Part shown: positions 30,220 through 40,800 of the stretch, in pieces | Layout of the letters: each line of letters opens with the position of its first letter | Position numbering within the stretch: the stretch's first letter is position 1 | Notes under the pieces: model-generated | Database searches by the model: none | Told to the model about the DNA's origin: nothing | Seen by the model: the letters and a program-made list of their open reading frames with translations, nothing else | Position numbers and translations under genes: made by a program | Source: an uncultured delta proteobacterium | GTDB taxonomy: Bacteria > Myxococcota_A > Polyangia > Fen-1088 | NCBI GenBank assembly: GCA_963737265.1 | Contig: CAVTRY010000023.1 | Span: 224,001-288,000, forward strand | Direction: 5' to 3' | Length of the DNA: 64,000 nucleotides

Positions 30220-31326
30220 CTAGCGGGTGGGGAAGCGGGCGCCCGGGCCATAGCTTAGCCCATCGGCTCGCACGACAAGGTCAGGGGCATAAGAAACTCG
30301 TTCCAGCACCAGGCCCTGCACGCGCGCTTCTTGCAACCCCAGGACCGTGGTTAGTTGGGTGTCGCGGATGGCGAGGCCGTCCACCGAGCTTCGGCCGAGG
30401 TCGAGGCCGGCCAGGCACGAACGCTCGATGCTGTTGTTATCCGCGATGGTACAGCCCTGCCAAAAGGCGCCGTCGATGAAGCTGTCGCTGACCATGAGAT
30501 TGTCGATGTTGGCGTGGCCAAAGGAAACCAGGCCCAGGGTCGGACAGCGGTCGATGGCGAGGCCCGCGACCTTGCCGCCCGCCACCGCGACACCGACCAA
30601 TTCGCCGCAACCGAGCAGACTTAGGCCCGTGCTGCTCACCTCGGTCAGGCGCAAGGCGCGTCCGTGAATTTGGTCGAAGGTGAGGGCGACCCATGTCCCG
30701 AGCACGAAATCCAGACCGTCGACCAGAGCACTTTGCACCAGCATTCCCCGCCCCCGTGCCGCGGTGAATGTCACGCCCGCAAGGGTTCCCCCGACCACGG
30801 CCACATCCTCGATCTGGGCGTGGTCGAAGCGCGTACCGCGTAGCTCCGGCGTCAGGAGTCGCAGGTTGCCAAACTGCGAGCGCAAGAAACTGCCACCGCG
30901 GTCTACGAGCGACTGGAATTCGGCGCGCTCGAACAGCGAATCCTTCCAGGTACAGCCTTGCAAGTTGAGCTCTGCCGCGCTGGAGTCCACGATGCGGACG
31001 CGGCCCATCTGACAAAAGTCGAATCCGCAGCGCTCCAGGCGCGAGCGTTCGAAACCCACGTCGTCGAAGGTACAGGCGGTGAACGTCACCTCGTGCAGCG
31101 CCGCCCGCGCAAATGCGGTTGCCGACAGCCTGGTGTTGTGGAAGTCGACCCCGGCAAAGCGCACGCCGTGGAACCCCTGGTCCCGGATTTCTAGACCCTG
31201 GACGCTGCGGTCCTGAAAGACGATCGGCCCCTTCTTGCTGGCTTCGGCCAAGAAGACCGGGTCGATTAGCAGCCGCTGCTCTTCGTCGGTGAGGGGTGGT
31301 CGGGCGGAGGGATTGGGGGGCGCCAT
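30220..31326 (-). CDS. Pentapeptide-repeat protein
   Basis: Regular 5-residue repeats (VRFAGVDFHNTRLSATAFARAALHEVTFTACTFDDVGFERSRL). Confidence 0.85.
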   Translation of the reverse strand: MAPPNPSARPPLTDEEQRLLIDPVFLAEASKKGPIVFQDRSVQGLEIRDQGFHGVRFAGVDFHNTRLSATAFARAALHEVTFTACTFDDVGFERSRLERCGFDFCQMGRVRIVDSSAAELNLQGCTWKDSLFERAEFQSLVDRGGSFLRSQFGNLRLLTPELRGTRFDHAQIEDVAVVGGTLAGVTFTAARGRGMLVQSALVDGLDFVLGTWVALTFDQIHGRALRLTEVSSTGLSLLGCGELVGVAVAGGKVAGLAIDRCPTLGLVSFGHANIDNLMVSDSFIDGAFWQGCTIADNNSIERSCLAGLDLGRSSVDGLAIRDTQLTTVLGLQEARVQGLVLERVSYAPDLVVRADGLSYGPGARFPTR

Positions 31327-31359
31327 GGGTTCTCCTGCGGGCGGTTCGGCCGTGCCGGG

Positions 31360-32955
31360 TTACCTGCCGTGGGCCGCGTGGAGTGCGGCGAGGAAGTCGT
31401 CATCGACCACGTCTTGGTCATCCAGCAGCTTGACCCAGCGGAAATGCGCGATGGCGGTGTGGGTGGCATCGTCGGCGTTTCCGTCGATCGGGCCCGTGTA
31501 GAAGCCGAGGTTCTGCAGGCGGGCTTGGATTCCCGAGGTGGTGTCGGACGGATCCAGTCCGCCCACGGCGAAATCGTAGGCAGCAAAGGGCTGGTCGGCG
31601 GCGCTCCCCGCGCGCGAGAGCTCGACGTGGACCTTGCTGGTATCGGGTGGCAAGTCGATTTCCAGTTTTCCGGTCGAAGGTAGCGTGCCCTCCACGGCGC
31701 CACCGGTGTCAGGGGTTGCCTTGAAGGTGACCGGGTTCTCCTCGCTGCACTTGACTCCGGCGAAGCGCACGCGCAGCACCTCGGCCGCGCCCTGCACGAC
31801 GTATTCAGCCGCGCCACCCGGGACCTCCGCCTCGCGCGCGAGCTTGCTCGGGATGGCGACCTTGTCGCCCGGCAAGAGGATGTGGGCGGTTCCGCGCAAC
31901 TTGCGCAGGTCTTCGTTCTTCGCAAAATCCCAAATGGTCTGCCAACGAATGAAGCCATGCGCCCGAGCGATCGTGGGCAACCGGTCGCCTTGCTCGACCG
32001 TGTACTGCGACGCCTCGCTACGCTCGTCCTCGGCCAGATCGAGCGCGCCATCCCCGTCCCAGTCGGCGCCATCGAGGTCGGGGAAGGTCACCGTGAAGAC
32101 GCCCGGTGAAGAGCTCGTCGCCCGACCACGGCCTTCCTTGTCCAGCTTGCCCGAAACGCTTCCGCCGTCGGGCGCCTTGATCTCGAACGCGAGGCCTTCC
32201 TGGGGTTTCTGCTTCCTATCCACCACGTGGATCGTAAGCGCGGCCTTTTCCATCAGGACCCGCATTTGCGACGGGGTAATGGCCGGGCCCGTATCCTTCT
32301 CCGGCGCGCGCTCGACCGGCACGCGGCGAAGAAGGATGAGACCGTCGGGTTCGCGGAACGTATTCCAGTCGCGCGTGAGCTGGTCGCGCGCCTTGACGAG
32401 AAGCTCGGCCAATTCCGTCGACGTGCCCGGCTGCTTGGCCAACGCATCCAGGATCTGCTTCGCCTCGTCCTGGCGGACCACGTGGTAGTAGTTGCGCTCG
32501 GGGAACTTCTCGAAGTCGATGTCGCGGATCAGCCGATAGTGCCGGCCCGACTCGGTCAGTTTCCCGCCCGTCTTGGCTTCGATCTCGCGAATCAGACGGC
32601 GCTTCGCCACCGCGGGATCGACGGGCCGCGCCGCCAGCACGGCCGGGTCGACCTTCTTGATGGCGACCAAATCGCCGCGCCTTATGCCCTCCTTGATCAG
32701 CTGGTTCACCTCCTGCTCGTCCAGGGACGACAGCGGGAAGCGCGACAGACGGGCGTCGTCGACGAAGCGCCGTATAGCCCATCGGTTCCTCGGCCACAGG
32801 CGGCCATACTCCCACAGCGCGTGGAGGGGACTGAGAGCCTCGTATTCACCCTCGCGACACAGCCGACTGGCATCGAGCCTGCCGACCAAGATGACCTTGT
32901 TCTCGAGTTGCCAAAAAGGCGAGATGCCAAGCGAGGGGCCAAACATCAAATCCAT
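31360..32955 (-). CDS. LysM and peptidoglycan-binding-domain protein with a transthyretin-like beta module
   Basis: YTVEQGDRLPTIARAHG...LLPGDKVAIP (LysM); GIQARLQNLGFYTGPIDG...TAIAHF (PG_binding_1); VVDRKQKP..GKLDKEGRG. Confidence 0.8.
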   Translation of the reverse strand: MDLMFGPSLGISPFWQLENKVILVGRLDASRLCREGEYEALSPLHALWEYGRLWPRNRWAIRRFVDDARLSRFPLSSLDEQEVNQLIKEGIRRGDLVAIKKVDPAVLAARPVDPAVAKRRLIREIEAKTGGKLTESGRHYRLIRDIDFEKFPERNYYHVVRQDEAKQILDALAKQPGTSTELAELLVKARDQLTRDWNTFREPDGLILLRRVPVERAPEKDTGPAITPSQMRVLMEKAALTIHVVDRKQKPQEGLAFEIKAPDGGSVSGKLDKEGRGRATSSSPGVFTVTFPDLDGADWDGDGALDLAEDERSEASQYTVEQGDRLPTIARAHGFIRWQTIWDFAKNEDLRKLRGTAHILLPGDKVAIPSKLAREAEVPGGAAEYVVQGAAEVLRVRFAGVKCSEENPVTFKATPDTGGAVEGTLPSTGKLEIDLPPDTSKVHVELSRAGSAADQPFAAYDFAVGGLDPSDTTSGIQARLQNLGFYTGPIDGNADDATHTAIAHFRWVKLLDDQDVVDDDFLAALHAAHGR

Positions 32956-33080
32956 GGCGCCATCCTATGCGTGATTCGAAGGGCGGGGCAATTCGGAGCC
33001 ACGACGGCACCTCCGAACGGGTAAATCGACGGGCCAAACGTACTTGCGTCACGAAAAATGTCAAGATGCAAAGTCCGAAA

Positions 33081-33228
33081 GGGTGGGTTGCCCGGGTCAC
33101 CGCGAGCCTGGGCGTGCACCTGTTGGTCGTACTTGCTCCAATGGAAGCTGCCCATCCGGCAGGCCAGCCTTTCGGTCGCCTCGCGCACATCGTCGGCGTA
33201 TCCCGCAGGAAGGCCCCAAGCCTCGTCA
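33081..33228 (-). mobile_element. Internally deleted remnant of the 15150-16931 IS
   Basis: IR-like GGGTGGGTTGCCCGGGTC joined to pieces matching ~16133-16181 and ~16306-16393. Confidence 0.8.
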
Positions 33229-33321
33229 AGACGTCATCGGCAACGGCCTCGTTCCCAGCAAAGAGCAAATCTGGAAGGGTTCTCCTCAGCCTTGGGAATG
33301 TCCGTATGGCGCCATGGAGGC

Positions 33322-33416
33322 TGGTGTGCAAGAGCGGGGCACCATGGCGATGGTCATCTTCGGCAACATCATCACCAGTTTCTCCTGGTTCGGCGTGAAC
33401 AGGCTCGGCGTGGGCT
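33322..33416 (+). pseudogene. Short CcsA-like (cytochrome c biogenesis) fragment
   Basis: ERGTMAMVIFGNIITSFSWFGVNRLGVG. Confidence 0.5.
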
Positions 33417-33577
33417 GCGAGAAAGTCGCGTCTAGCCAGCCGGCCGGGGTGTTCCAATACCGACAATGAGTCCGTCACCAGCCGTTCCGCCGGAGACTCA
33501 CCGCTTCTGGCGACCGTCCGCGCGAATCGGCCATCTCTGTTCATGGGGCTGCGCCTGGAAGATCGCCGTCCCATCAC

Positions 33578-34199
33578 CGAGTTTCATGATGTGGACGTGC
33601 AGTCCCCAGAAGCGATGTGCAGGGGCAGACTTCGCCCGTTGGCCTATCTTCGCTCGAAGTTCTTGCAAACTGATGGTTGGCTTTATCATCCCGCTCTTGC
33701 CTCGCTTCATTGCTCCGATTGCCTCCGGCAGGATCCCTTTGCTCCACGGGCGTTACCCCGCTTCGTCGCTCATACGAACCCATCCGTCAGGCTCTCGCCT
33801 TCACCGCACTTCGCCTTCCGGCTCGCGCGGCTACCTTGCTTCCGTGGGCTTTCTCCACGGGGCGAGGAGCCCTTCCCTGTTTCCTCCCATGACCTTGAGC
33901 GCGTGCTGCCGTCCTTTACCCCGCCGGGCGGCGCCTCCGCAGATCGCATTCGGATTCGCCTGTTGCCTTCGCCGTTACCTAGCCAGCTCGGCACCCGGGG
34001 CTTTTCGATTTCGGGGCCTCGTCCGGACGTTCACTCGTCGTTGCGGCCCGCGCCCTTGCTCACCCCGCCAAGCGGGGCTTTGTCGGTGGGCTTCGCCGCC
34101 AGGATTTCCCTTCTCGGCGCCACCCAAGCTATGTGGCTTCGATCTTCTGCCACTTCAGGACTTTCACCTTATGGTTTCATGGGTACCTCCAGGCATCAC
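33578..34199 (-). mobile_element. 5' remnant of a group II intron (ribozyme 5' domains plus RT N-terminus)
   Basis: Begins GTGATGCC at 34199; domain-III-like GCGACGAAGCGGGGTAACGCCCGTGGAGCAAAGGGA; RT start 33689 MIKPTISLQELRAKIGQRAKSAPAHRFWGLHVH, truncated after ~37 aa. Confidence 0.75.
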
Positions 34200-34633
34200 T
34201 AGGCGAATCGAAGGGGGTTTTTGAGCGTTGTAGGAACCAGTTTTTGAGCGTTGGAGAACCATGCCGGCGCGCGCCAGGTGCGCCCTGATCGCGGCAGCGC
34301 CGCGCGCTTGACCCGGTTTCTGGGGCCCGACCGGGGCTTGCTCGCACGCGAAGGGCAGTCTGCTCCATCCCGACCTGTCGAGGTGCCGTCAGTTCAGCCA
34401 GTCTCCGCCCTCGCCACCAGATTGCGATGGTGGCGGCCGTGCGGGCCAGAGGTTGGGCGGCTCGGCGACGGGCGCGGCGCAGCCGCGTGGGGCAGGGGCA
34501 GGGTGGGTAGGCCTAAGGCTCCGAAGGAGCAGGGCAAGCCCATGGCAGAGAGAATCTTTTTGATGGTGTCCTCGGTCTCGATCATGGCGATGAGGCGCAG
34601 CGGGGTTTTGCAACGAGGGCAGACGGTGTCGAT
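34200..34633 (-). mobile_element. IS91-like transposase C-terminal remnant plus downstream end region
   Basis: IDTVCPRCKTPLRLIAMIETEDTIKKILSAMGLP...PARPPPSQSGGEGGDWLN*; 13-bp direct repeat TTTTTGAGCGTTG at 34218 and 34241. Confidence 0.6.
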
Positions 34634-34714
34634 GGCTGCCGGCGCGAATAGACCGGGCCGTTGGACGCCGGCTGTGTGCGTGCCGTTGCCTCCACAAGGT
34701 GGAGTTGTCGACAA

Positions 34715-37700
34715 TCAGGTCACAGAAGTTGCAAGGCCTGTGCCGGTCGGATTCGAGTCGCCCACCCCGCGCGGGGGGTGCGTGCCCTCGACAAGCGCGC
34801 GCTTGCGCGCCGACAGGCGATCGAGCCACAGGTAGATGACGGGCGTCGTAAACAGGGTCACGAGCTGCGATAGCGCGAGCCCGCCCACCATGGCGATGCC
34901 GAGCGGGCGGCGCAGCTCGGAACCGGTGCCGCCGCCGATGGCGAGCGGCAGCGCGCCGAGCAGGGCGGCCATGGTGGTCATCAAGATTGGCCGAAATCGC
35001 AGCAGGCTCGCCTCGCGGATTGCCACCGCCGCGGTGGTGCCGCGCGCGCGCCGCGACTCGATGGCGAAGTCGACCAGGATGATGGCGTTCTTTTTCACGA
35101 TGCCGATGAGCAGGATGATGCCGATGAGCGCGATGATGCTGAACTCGGTCCGAAACGCCAGCAGAGCCAACAGCGCGCCCACGCCCGCCGACGGCAGCGT
35201 CGACAAAATGGTGATGGGATGGATCAGGCTTTCGTAGAGCATGCCCAGAATGAGATACACGGTCACCAGGGCGCCGAGAATGAGCCACGGCTGGCTGTCG
35301 GTCGAACCCTTGAAGGCTTGCGCGGTTCCCTGGAAGCTTCCGCGCAGGCCATCGGGATAGGCAAGTTGCCGCTCGGCCTTGTGGATGAGCTCGACCGCGG
35401 CGCCCAGGGCCGTGCCTTCGGCCAAATTGAACGAAAGGGTCGTCGCCGGGAACTGTCCCTGGTGGTTGATGGCCAGTGACGTGCTCCCCGGAGCGACGGT
35501 GGCGACTTCCGAAAGCGGCACTTGCGCCCCCGTGGGCGTGGAGACGTAGATGCGACGAAGCGCCTCGGGTCCGTTCTGCTGCGAGCGCGCCGCTTCGAGC
35601 ACCACGCGGTAGTAGTTGAGTTGGGTATACGAGACGGCGACCTGGCGTTGGCCGAAGGCATCGTAGAGCGCCTCGTCGACCGCCTGGGGCAAGATGCCGA
35701 AGCGAGAGGCATTCTCGCGGTTGAGCGTCACGCCGAGCTGCAGACCAGCGGTCTGCTGGTCGGTGTTCACGTCCTTGAGGCCGGGCAAGGTCCGCAACTT
35801 TTCGAGCACGCGCGGCGCCCACTGCTTGAGCTCGTCGAGGTTGGCATCTTGGAGCGTGTATTGGTATTGGGTGCGCGAGGATCGTCCGCCGAGGCGCAGA
35901 TCCTGGACGGATTGCAGGAACAAGCGAATGCCGGATAGACGGCCAATCTTGGGACGTAGGCGGGCGATGACCTCGTCGGCGGTGGACTTGCGCGCGGGCC
36001 GGTTCTTGAGCGCGATAAACAACGTGCCGGTGTTGCCGGTCGACGCGTTGGACGAGCCAATAAAGGAAACCGCATGTTCCACATCGGGATCGGCTGCAAC
36101 AAGGGCATTGACCTGTTCCTGGTAGGTCTTCATGCCAGGGAACGACACGTCCTGGCTGGCCTCGGTGGAGCCCATGAGCATGCCGGTGTCTTGTTGCGGG
36201 AACAGGCCCTTGGGCACGACCACGTAGAGCAGGACGGTGAAGGCCAACGTGGCGACGGTGAGCATGAGCGCCGCCACCTGGTGGCGCAGGATCCAGTCGA
36301 GGCAGCGGCCGTAGATGTTCTGCATGCCGGTGAAGCCTCGCTCGGACACGCGGGCGAAGCGGCTCGGCTGTTCATGCGTGGATCGGCGCAAAAAGCGTGA
36401 TGCCATGGTCGGCGTGAGCGTGAGCGAAACCACGGCCGAAACCACGATGGCGATGCTGAGGGTGACCGAGAATTCGCGAAACAGGCGCCCGACGATGCCG
36501 CCCATGAGCAGCAGCGGAATGAACACCGCGAGCAGAGACACCGTAATCGACACGATGGTGAAGCCGATTTCGCGCGCGCCCAGGAACGCGGCCTCGGCCG
36601 GCGCCATGCCCTGCTCCACGTGGCGCATGATATTTTCCACCACGACGATGGCGTCGTCGACGACGAAGCCGGTGGCGATGGTCAGCGCCATGAGCGAGAG
36701 ATTGTCGATGCTGTAGTCGAGCAGGTACATGACGGCAAAGGTGCCGGTGAGCGACAGCGGAATGGCCACGGCGGGAATCAAGGTGGCGCGCACGCGCCGC
36801 AGGAACAGAAGAACGACCAGCACGACCAAGGCGATGCTGATGAGCAAGGTGGCCTCCACGTCGCGCACCGACGCGCGGATGGTGCCGGCCCGATCGAGCG
36901 CGATCTGGATCTTGATGGCGGGCGAAATCGACGTGGCTAGGGTCGGCAGCAAGGCTTTGACCCGGTCGATGGTCTCGAGAATGTTGGCGCCGGGCTCGCG
37001 GCGAATGATGAGCACCACGGCGCGTTTGCCATCCACCCAGCCTGCCACACGATTGTTTTCCACATCGTCGAACACCGTGGCCACGTCGCGCAGGCGGACG
37101 GGAGCGCCACCGCTGTAGGCGACGATCAGGTCGCGAAAGGCCTCCGCGCCGAAGAGCTGATCGTTGGCGGATAGAACGAGCGTGCGTTGATTGTTGGTGA
37201 TGACGCCCTCGGGGCTGTTGACGGTGGATTGAGCAAGGGCGTTGCGCACGTCCACCATGCCGAGGCCGAGGCCCGCAAGTGCGTCGAGATCGACTTGCAC
37301 GCGCACGGCTGGCTGCTGGCCGCCGCCGACGAAAACCTGGCCGACGCCCTTCACCTGGGACACCTTCTGCGCCAAGATCGAATTCGCGGTGTCGAAGACC
37401 TGCGCCAGCGGCAGGGTGTCCGAGGTCAGCCCGACGATGAGCACGGGCGCGTCGGCGGGATTGACCTTGCGGTAGGTGGGCAGGCTCGGCAGGTTGGGCG
37501 GCAGCTCGCCGCCCGCGGCGTTGATAGCGGCTTGCACATCGCGCGCGGCGCCCGTGATGTCGCGACTCAAATCGAACTGAAGGGTGATGCTGGTGGCGCC
37601 GAGCGAGCTCGACGAGGTCATCTCGGTGAGACCGGCGATGCGACCGAAGCGGCGTTCGAGCGGCGTGGCCACCGAGCTGGCCATGGTTTCCGGACTGGCT

Positions 37701-37858
37701 CCCGGCAGCGCTGCCTGTACGTTGATGGTGGGAAAATCCACGCGCGGCAAGGGCGCCACCGCCAGGTTGCTGTACGCCGTGAGCCCGGCCAACACGAGCG
37801 CCACCGCCAGCAGCGACGTGGCGATGGGACGACGGAGAAAAGGCCCCGAGATGTTCAC
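34715..37858 (-). CDS. RND permease, MdtC-like
   Basis: GTG start NISGPFLRRPIATSLL; GFVVDDAIVV; GIVKKNAI. Confidence 0.9.
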   Translation of the reverse strand: MNISGPFLRRPIATSLLAVALVLAGLTAYSNLAVAPLPRVDFPTINVQAALPGASPETMASSVATPLERRFGRIAGLTEMTSSSSLGATSITLQFDLSRDITGAARDVQAAINAAGGELPPNLPSLPTYRKVNPADAPVLIVGLTSDTLPLAQVFDTANSILAQKVSQVKGVGQVFVGGGQQPAVRVQVDLDALAGLGLGMVDVRNALAQSTVNSPEGVITNNQRTLVLSANDQLFGAEAFRDLIVAYSGGAPVRLRDVATVFDDVENNRVAGWVDGKRAVVLIIRREPGANILETIDRVKALLPTLATSISPAIKIQIALDRAGTIRASVRDVEATLLISIALVVLVVLLFLRRVRATLIPAVAIPLSLTGTFAVMYLLDYSIDNLSLMALTIATGFVVDDAIVVVENIMRHVEQGMAPAEAAFLGAREIGFTIVSITVSLLAVFIPLLLMGGIVGRLFREFSVTLSIAIVVSAVVSLTLTPTMASRFLRRSTHEQPSRFARVSERGFTGMQNIYGRCLDWILRHQVAALMLTVATLAFTVLLYVVVPKGLFPQQDTGMLMGSTEASQDVSFPGMKTYQEQVNALVAADPDVEHAVSFIGSSNASTGNTGTLFIALKNRPARKSTADEVIARLRPKIGRLSGIRLFLQSVQDLRLGGRSSRTQYQYTLQDANLDELKQWAPRVLEKLRTLPGLKDVNTDQQTAGLQLGVTLNRENASRFGILPQAVDEALYDAFGQRQVAVSYTQLNYYRVVLEAARSQQNGPEALRRIYVSTPTGAQVPLSEVATVAPGSTSLAINHQGQFPATTLSFNLAEGTALGAAVELIHKAERQLAYPDGLRGSFQGTAQAFKGSTDSQPWLILGALVTVYLILGMLYESLIHPITILSTLPSAGVGALLALLAFRTEFSIIALIGIILLIGIVKKNAIILVDFAIESRRARGTTAAVAIREASLLRFRPILMTTMAALLGALPLAIGGGTGSELRRPLGIAMVGGLALSQLVTLFTTPVIYLWLDRLSARKRALVEGTHPPRGVGDSNPTGTGLATSVT

Positions 37859-40800
37859 GCCGAAGGTTCTCCGACGGCGGTTTGCGCCGGCACCACGACG
37901 GCCGGCTTGACGGCGGGCTTGGCTGACCGCCCGAGATGGCGCAGGCGGTCCATGGCCAGGTAGATGACAGGGGTGGTGTAAAGGGTCAGCACCTGCGAAA
38001 TGAGCAAACCGCCCACGATGGCGATGCCGAGCGGCCGGCGCAATTCTGCCCCAGTGCCCTGCCCGAGCGCCATGGGCAGGCCGCCGAGCAGGGCCGCCAT
38101 CGTCGTCATCATGATGGGCCGGAAACGCAGCAAGCAGGCCTGGTGGATGGCGCTTTCGGGATCGAGGCCCTTTTCGCGCTCGGCTTCGAGAGCGAAGTCG
38201 ATCATCATGATGGCGTTCTTCTTCACGATGCCGATGAGCAGGATGATGCCGATGAGCGCGATGATGCTGAACTCGATCCGGCAGATCATGAGCGCGAGCA
38301 AAGCGCCCACGCCGGCCGAGGGCAAGGTGCTCAAGATGGTGATGGGGTGGATGTAGCTTTCGTAAAGGATGCCGAGCACGATGTAGACGGTAATGAGCGC
38401 AGCGAGAATGAGAATGGGCTCGTTGGCCAGCGACTCGGAGAAGACCTTGGCCGTGCCCTGGAAAGACGGGTGCACGCTGGCCGGCAGATCGAGCGATTGC
38501 ATGGCGCCGTCGATGGCGGCAACGGCGTCGCCCAGCGCCGCCCCGGGCGCCAGGTTGAACGACAGCGTCGCGGCGGGAAACTGTCCCTGGTGGGCAATGG
38601 TCGGCGTGTGCGGCGACTGCTCGTAGTGCGCGATGGTGGCCAGCGAAACCGGATTGCCGGCGGCCGACCGTACGTAGATCGACCGCAAGCCATCCGGATC
38701 TTGCTGGAAGGACGGCGCGACTTCCATGATCACGCGATACAGGTTGAGTTGGGTGAAGATGATCGAGACCTGGCGCTGGCCGAAGGCATCGTAGAGCGTA
38801 TCGTCGAGGTTCTGCGCCGTGATGCCCAGGCTGGATGCCAGGTCGCGATCGATGACCAAGGAAAGGCCGAGGCCGGTCGATTGGCGGTCGCTGGCCACGT
38901 CGCGCAGCAAGGGTACGTCCTTCATGGCATTGAGCACGCGTGGCGCCCAGGTATCGAGCACCGTTGGATCGGCGTCCTCGAGAGTGAGCTGAAACTGGGT
39001 TCGGCTGGTGCGCGTATCGACCTGGAGGTCTTGGACCGACTGCAGATAGACCGCGATGCCGGACACCTCGCGCAGGCGCGGCGCCAAGCGAGCGATGATG
39101 GCATCGGCGTCCGACTTGCGCTGGTGGCGCGACTTGAGCGTGACAGACAAGCGTCCAACATTCAGGGTAGGGTTGGTGCCGTCGGCTCCGATGAATGAGG
39201 CCACCGCTTGCACGTCCGGATCGGCTCGAATCACATCGGCCGCTTGGCGCTGCAGATCCATCATGGCGGGAAAGGAGATCGAGGGTGACGCCTCGGTCAC
39301 GCCGACGATGAGTCCGGTGTCCTGTTGGGGAAAGAATCCCTTGGGAACGATCCAGGCCAAGAACACGGTCAGCCCCAAGGTCGCCACCGTGGCCGCCAGG
39401 GTGAAGCGCTTGTGGCGCAGCACCCAGATAAGCCCGCGGTCGTAGAAATGCACCATGGCGTTGAAGCCGCGCTCGAACGTCGCCGCCAGGCGGCCGGGCT
39501 TTTCGTGTGCCCGCAACAAGTGGCCGCCCATCATGGCGGTCAGGGTCAGCGAGAGAAAAGCAGAAATACCGATGGCGATGGCCAGGGTCACGGCGAATTC
39601 GCGAAACAGCCGCCCGACGATGCCGCCCATGAAAAGCAGAGGGATCAGCACCGCGATGAGCGACACGGTTAGCGAAATGATGGTGAAGCCGATTTGACGC
39701 GCGCCCTTGAGCGCGGCCTCGAACGGCGATTCGCCCTCCTCGATGTAGCGGGCGATGTTTTCGACCATCACGATGGCGTCGTCGACGACGAAGCCGGTGG
39801 CAATGGTGAGCGCCATGAGCGTCAGGTTGTTGAGGCTGTAGCCACATAGCTGCATGACGCCGAAGGTGGCGATGAGCGACAGCGGAACGGCCACGCCGGG
39901 AATGATGGTGGCGCGAAACGTGCGCAGAAAGAGGTACATCACCGCCACGACCAAAATGATGGTGATGATGAGGGTGAACTGCACGTCGTCGACCGAGGCG
40001 CGCACGGTTTCGGTGCGGTCGGAAAGAATGGCGATGTCGATGCCGCTCGGCATGGAGGCGCGTAGTTGGGGAAGAATGCCCTTCACGCGATCCGTGACCG
40101 CGATGAGGTTGGCGCCGGGTTGGCGCTGCACATTCATGATGACCGCGCGGTGGTCGTTGGCCCAGCCGGCAAGCTGCGCGTTTTCCACGTCGTCGAGCAC
40201 AGTGGCCACGTCGGACAGGCGGACCGGCGATCCGTTGCGGTAGGCGACGACGAGCGGCGCGTAGGCGGCGGGTTTTTCGATCTGGTCGTCGACGTTGATG
40301 GTGTAGTTCTGGCGCAAACCATCGAGCGTGCCCTTGGGCTGATTCACGTTGGCCGCGACCAGGATCGCCCGCACGTCCTCCAGGGTCAGGCCGCGGCCGG
40401 CCAAGGCTTCGGGATCGACGCGCACGCGCACCGCGGGCTTTACGCCACCGCCCAGCGTGACGAGCCCGACGCCCGCGACCTGCGACACCTTCTGCGCCAG
40501 GATCGAATCCACATAGTCGGCGACCTTGTTGAGAGGCAGGGTGTCCGAGCTGATGGCGAAGGTCAACACCGGCGTGTCGGCGGGATTGCTCTTGCTGTAG
40601 GTCGGCGGCGTGGGCAGATTGCGCGGCAACAGCGTCGAGGCCGCATTGATGGCCGCCTGCACGTCTTGCTCGGCCGAGTCGATGTCGCGGTCCAAATTGA
40701 ACTGCAACGTAATAAGCGAGGAATTGAGGCTGCTGACCGAGGTCAATTGACTGAGCGCCGGAATTTGCCCGAACTGTCGTTCGAGCGGCGTGGTGATGGA

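Noticed and set aside
34715-39847. 1710-aa giant RND protein
   Set aside because: The upstream 660 aa are an off-frame read of the MdtB-like gene; the real start is GTG 37858.
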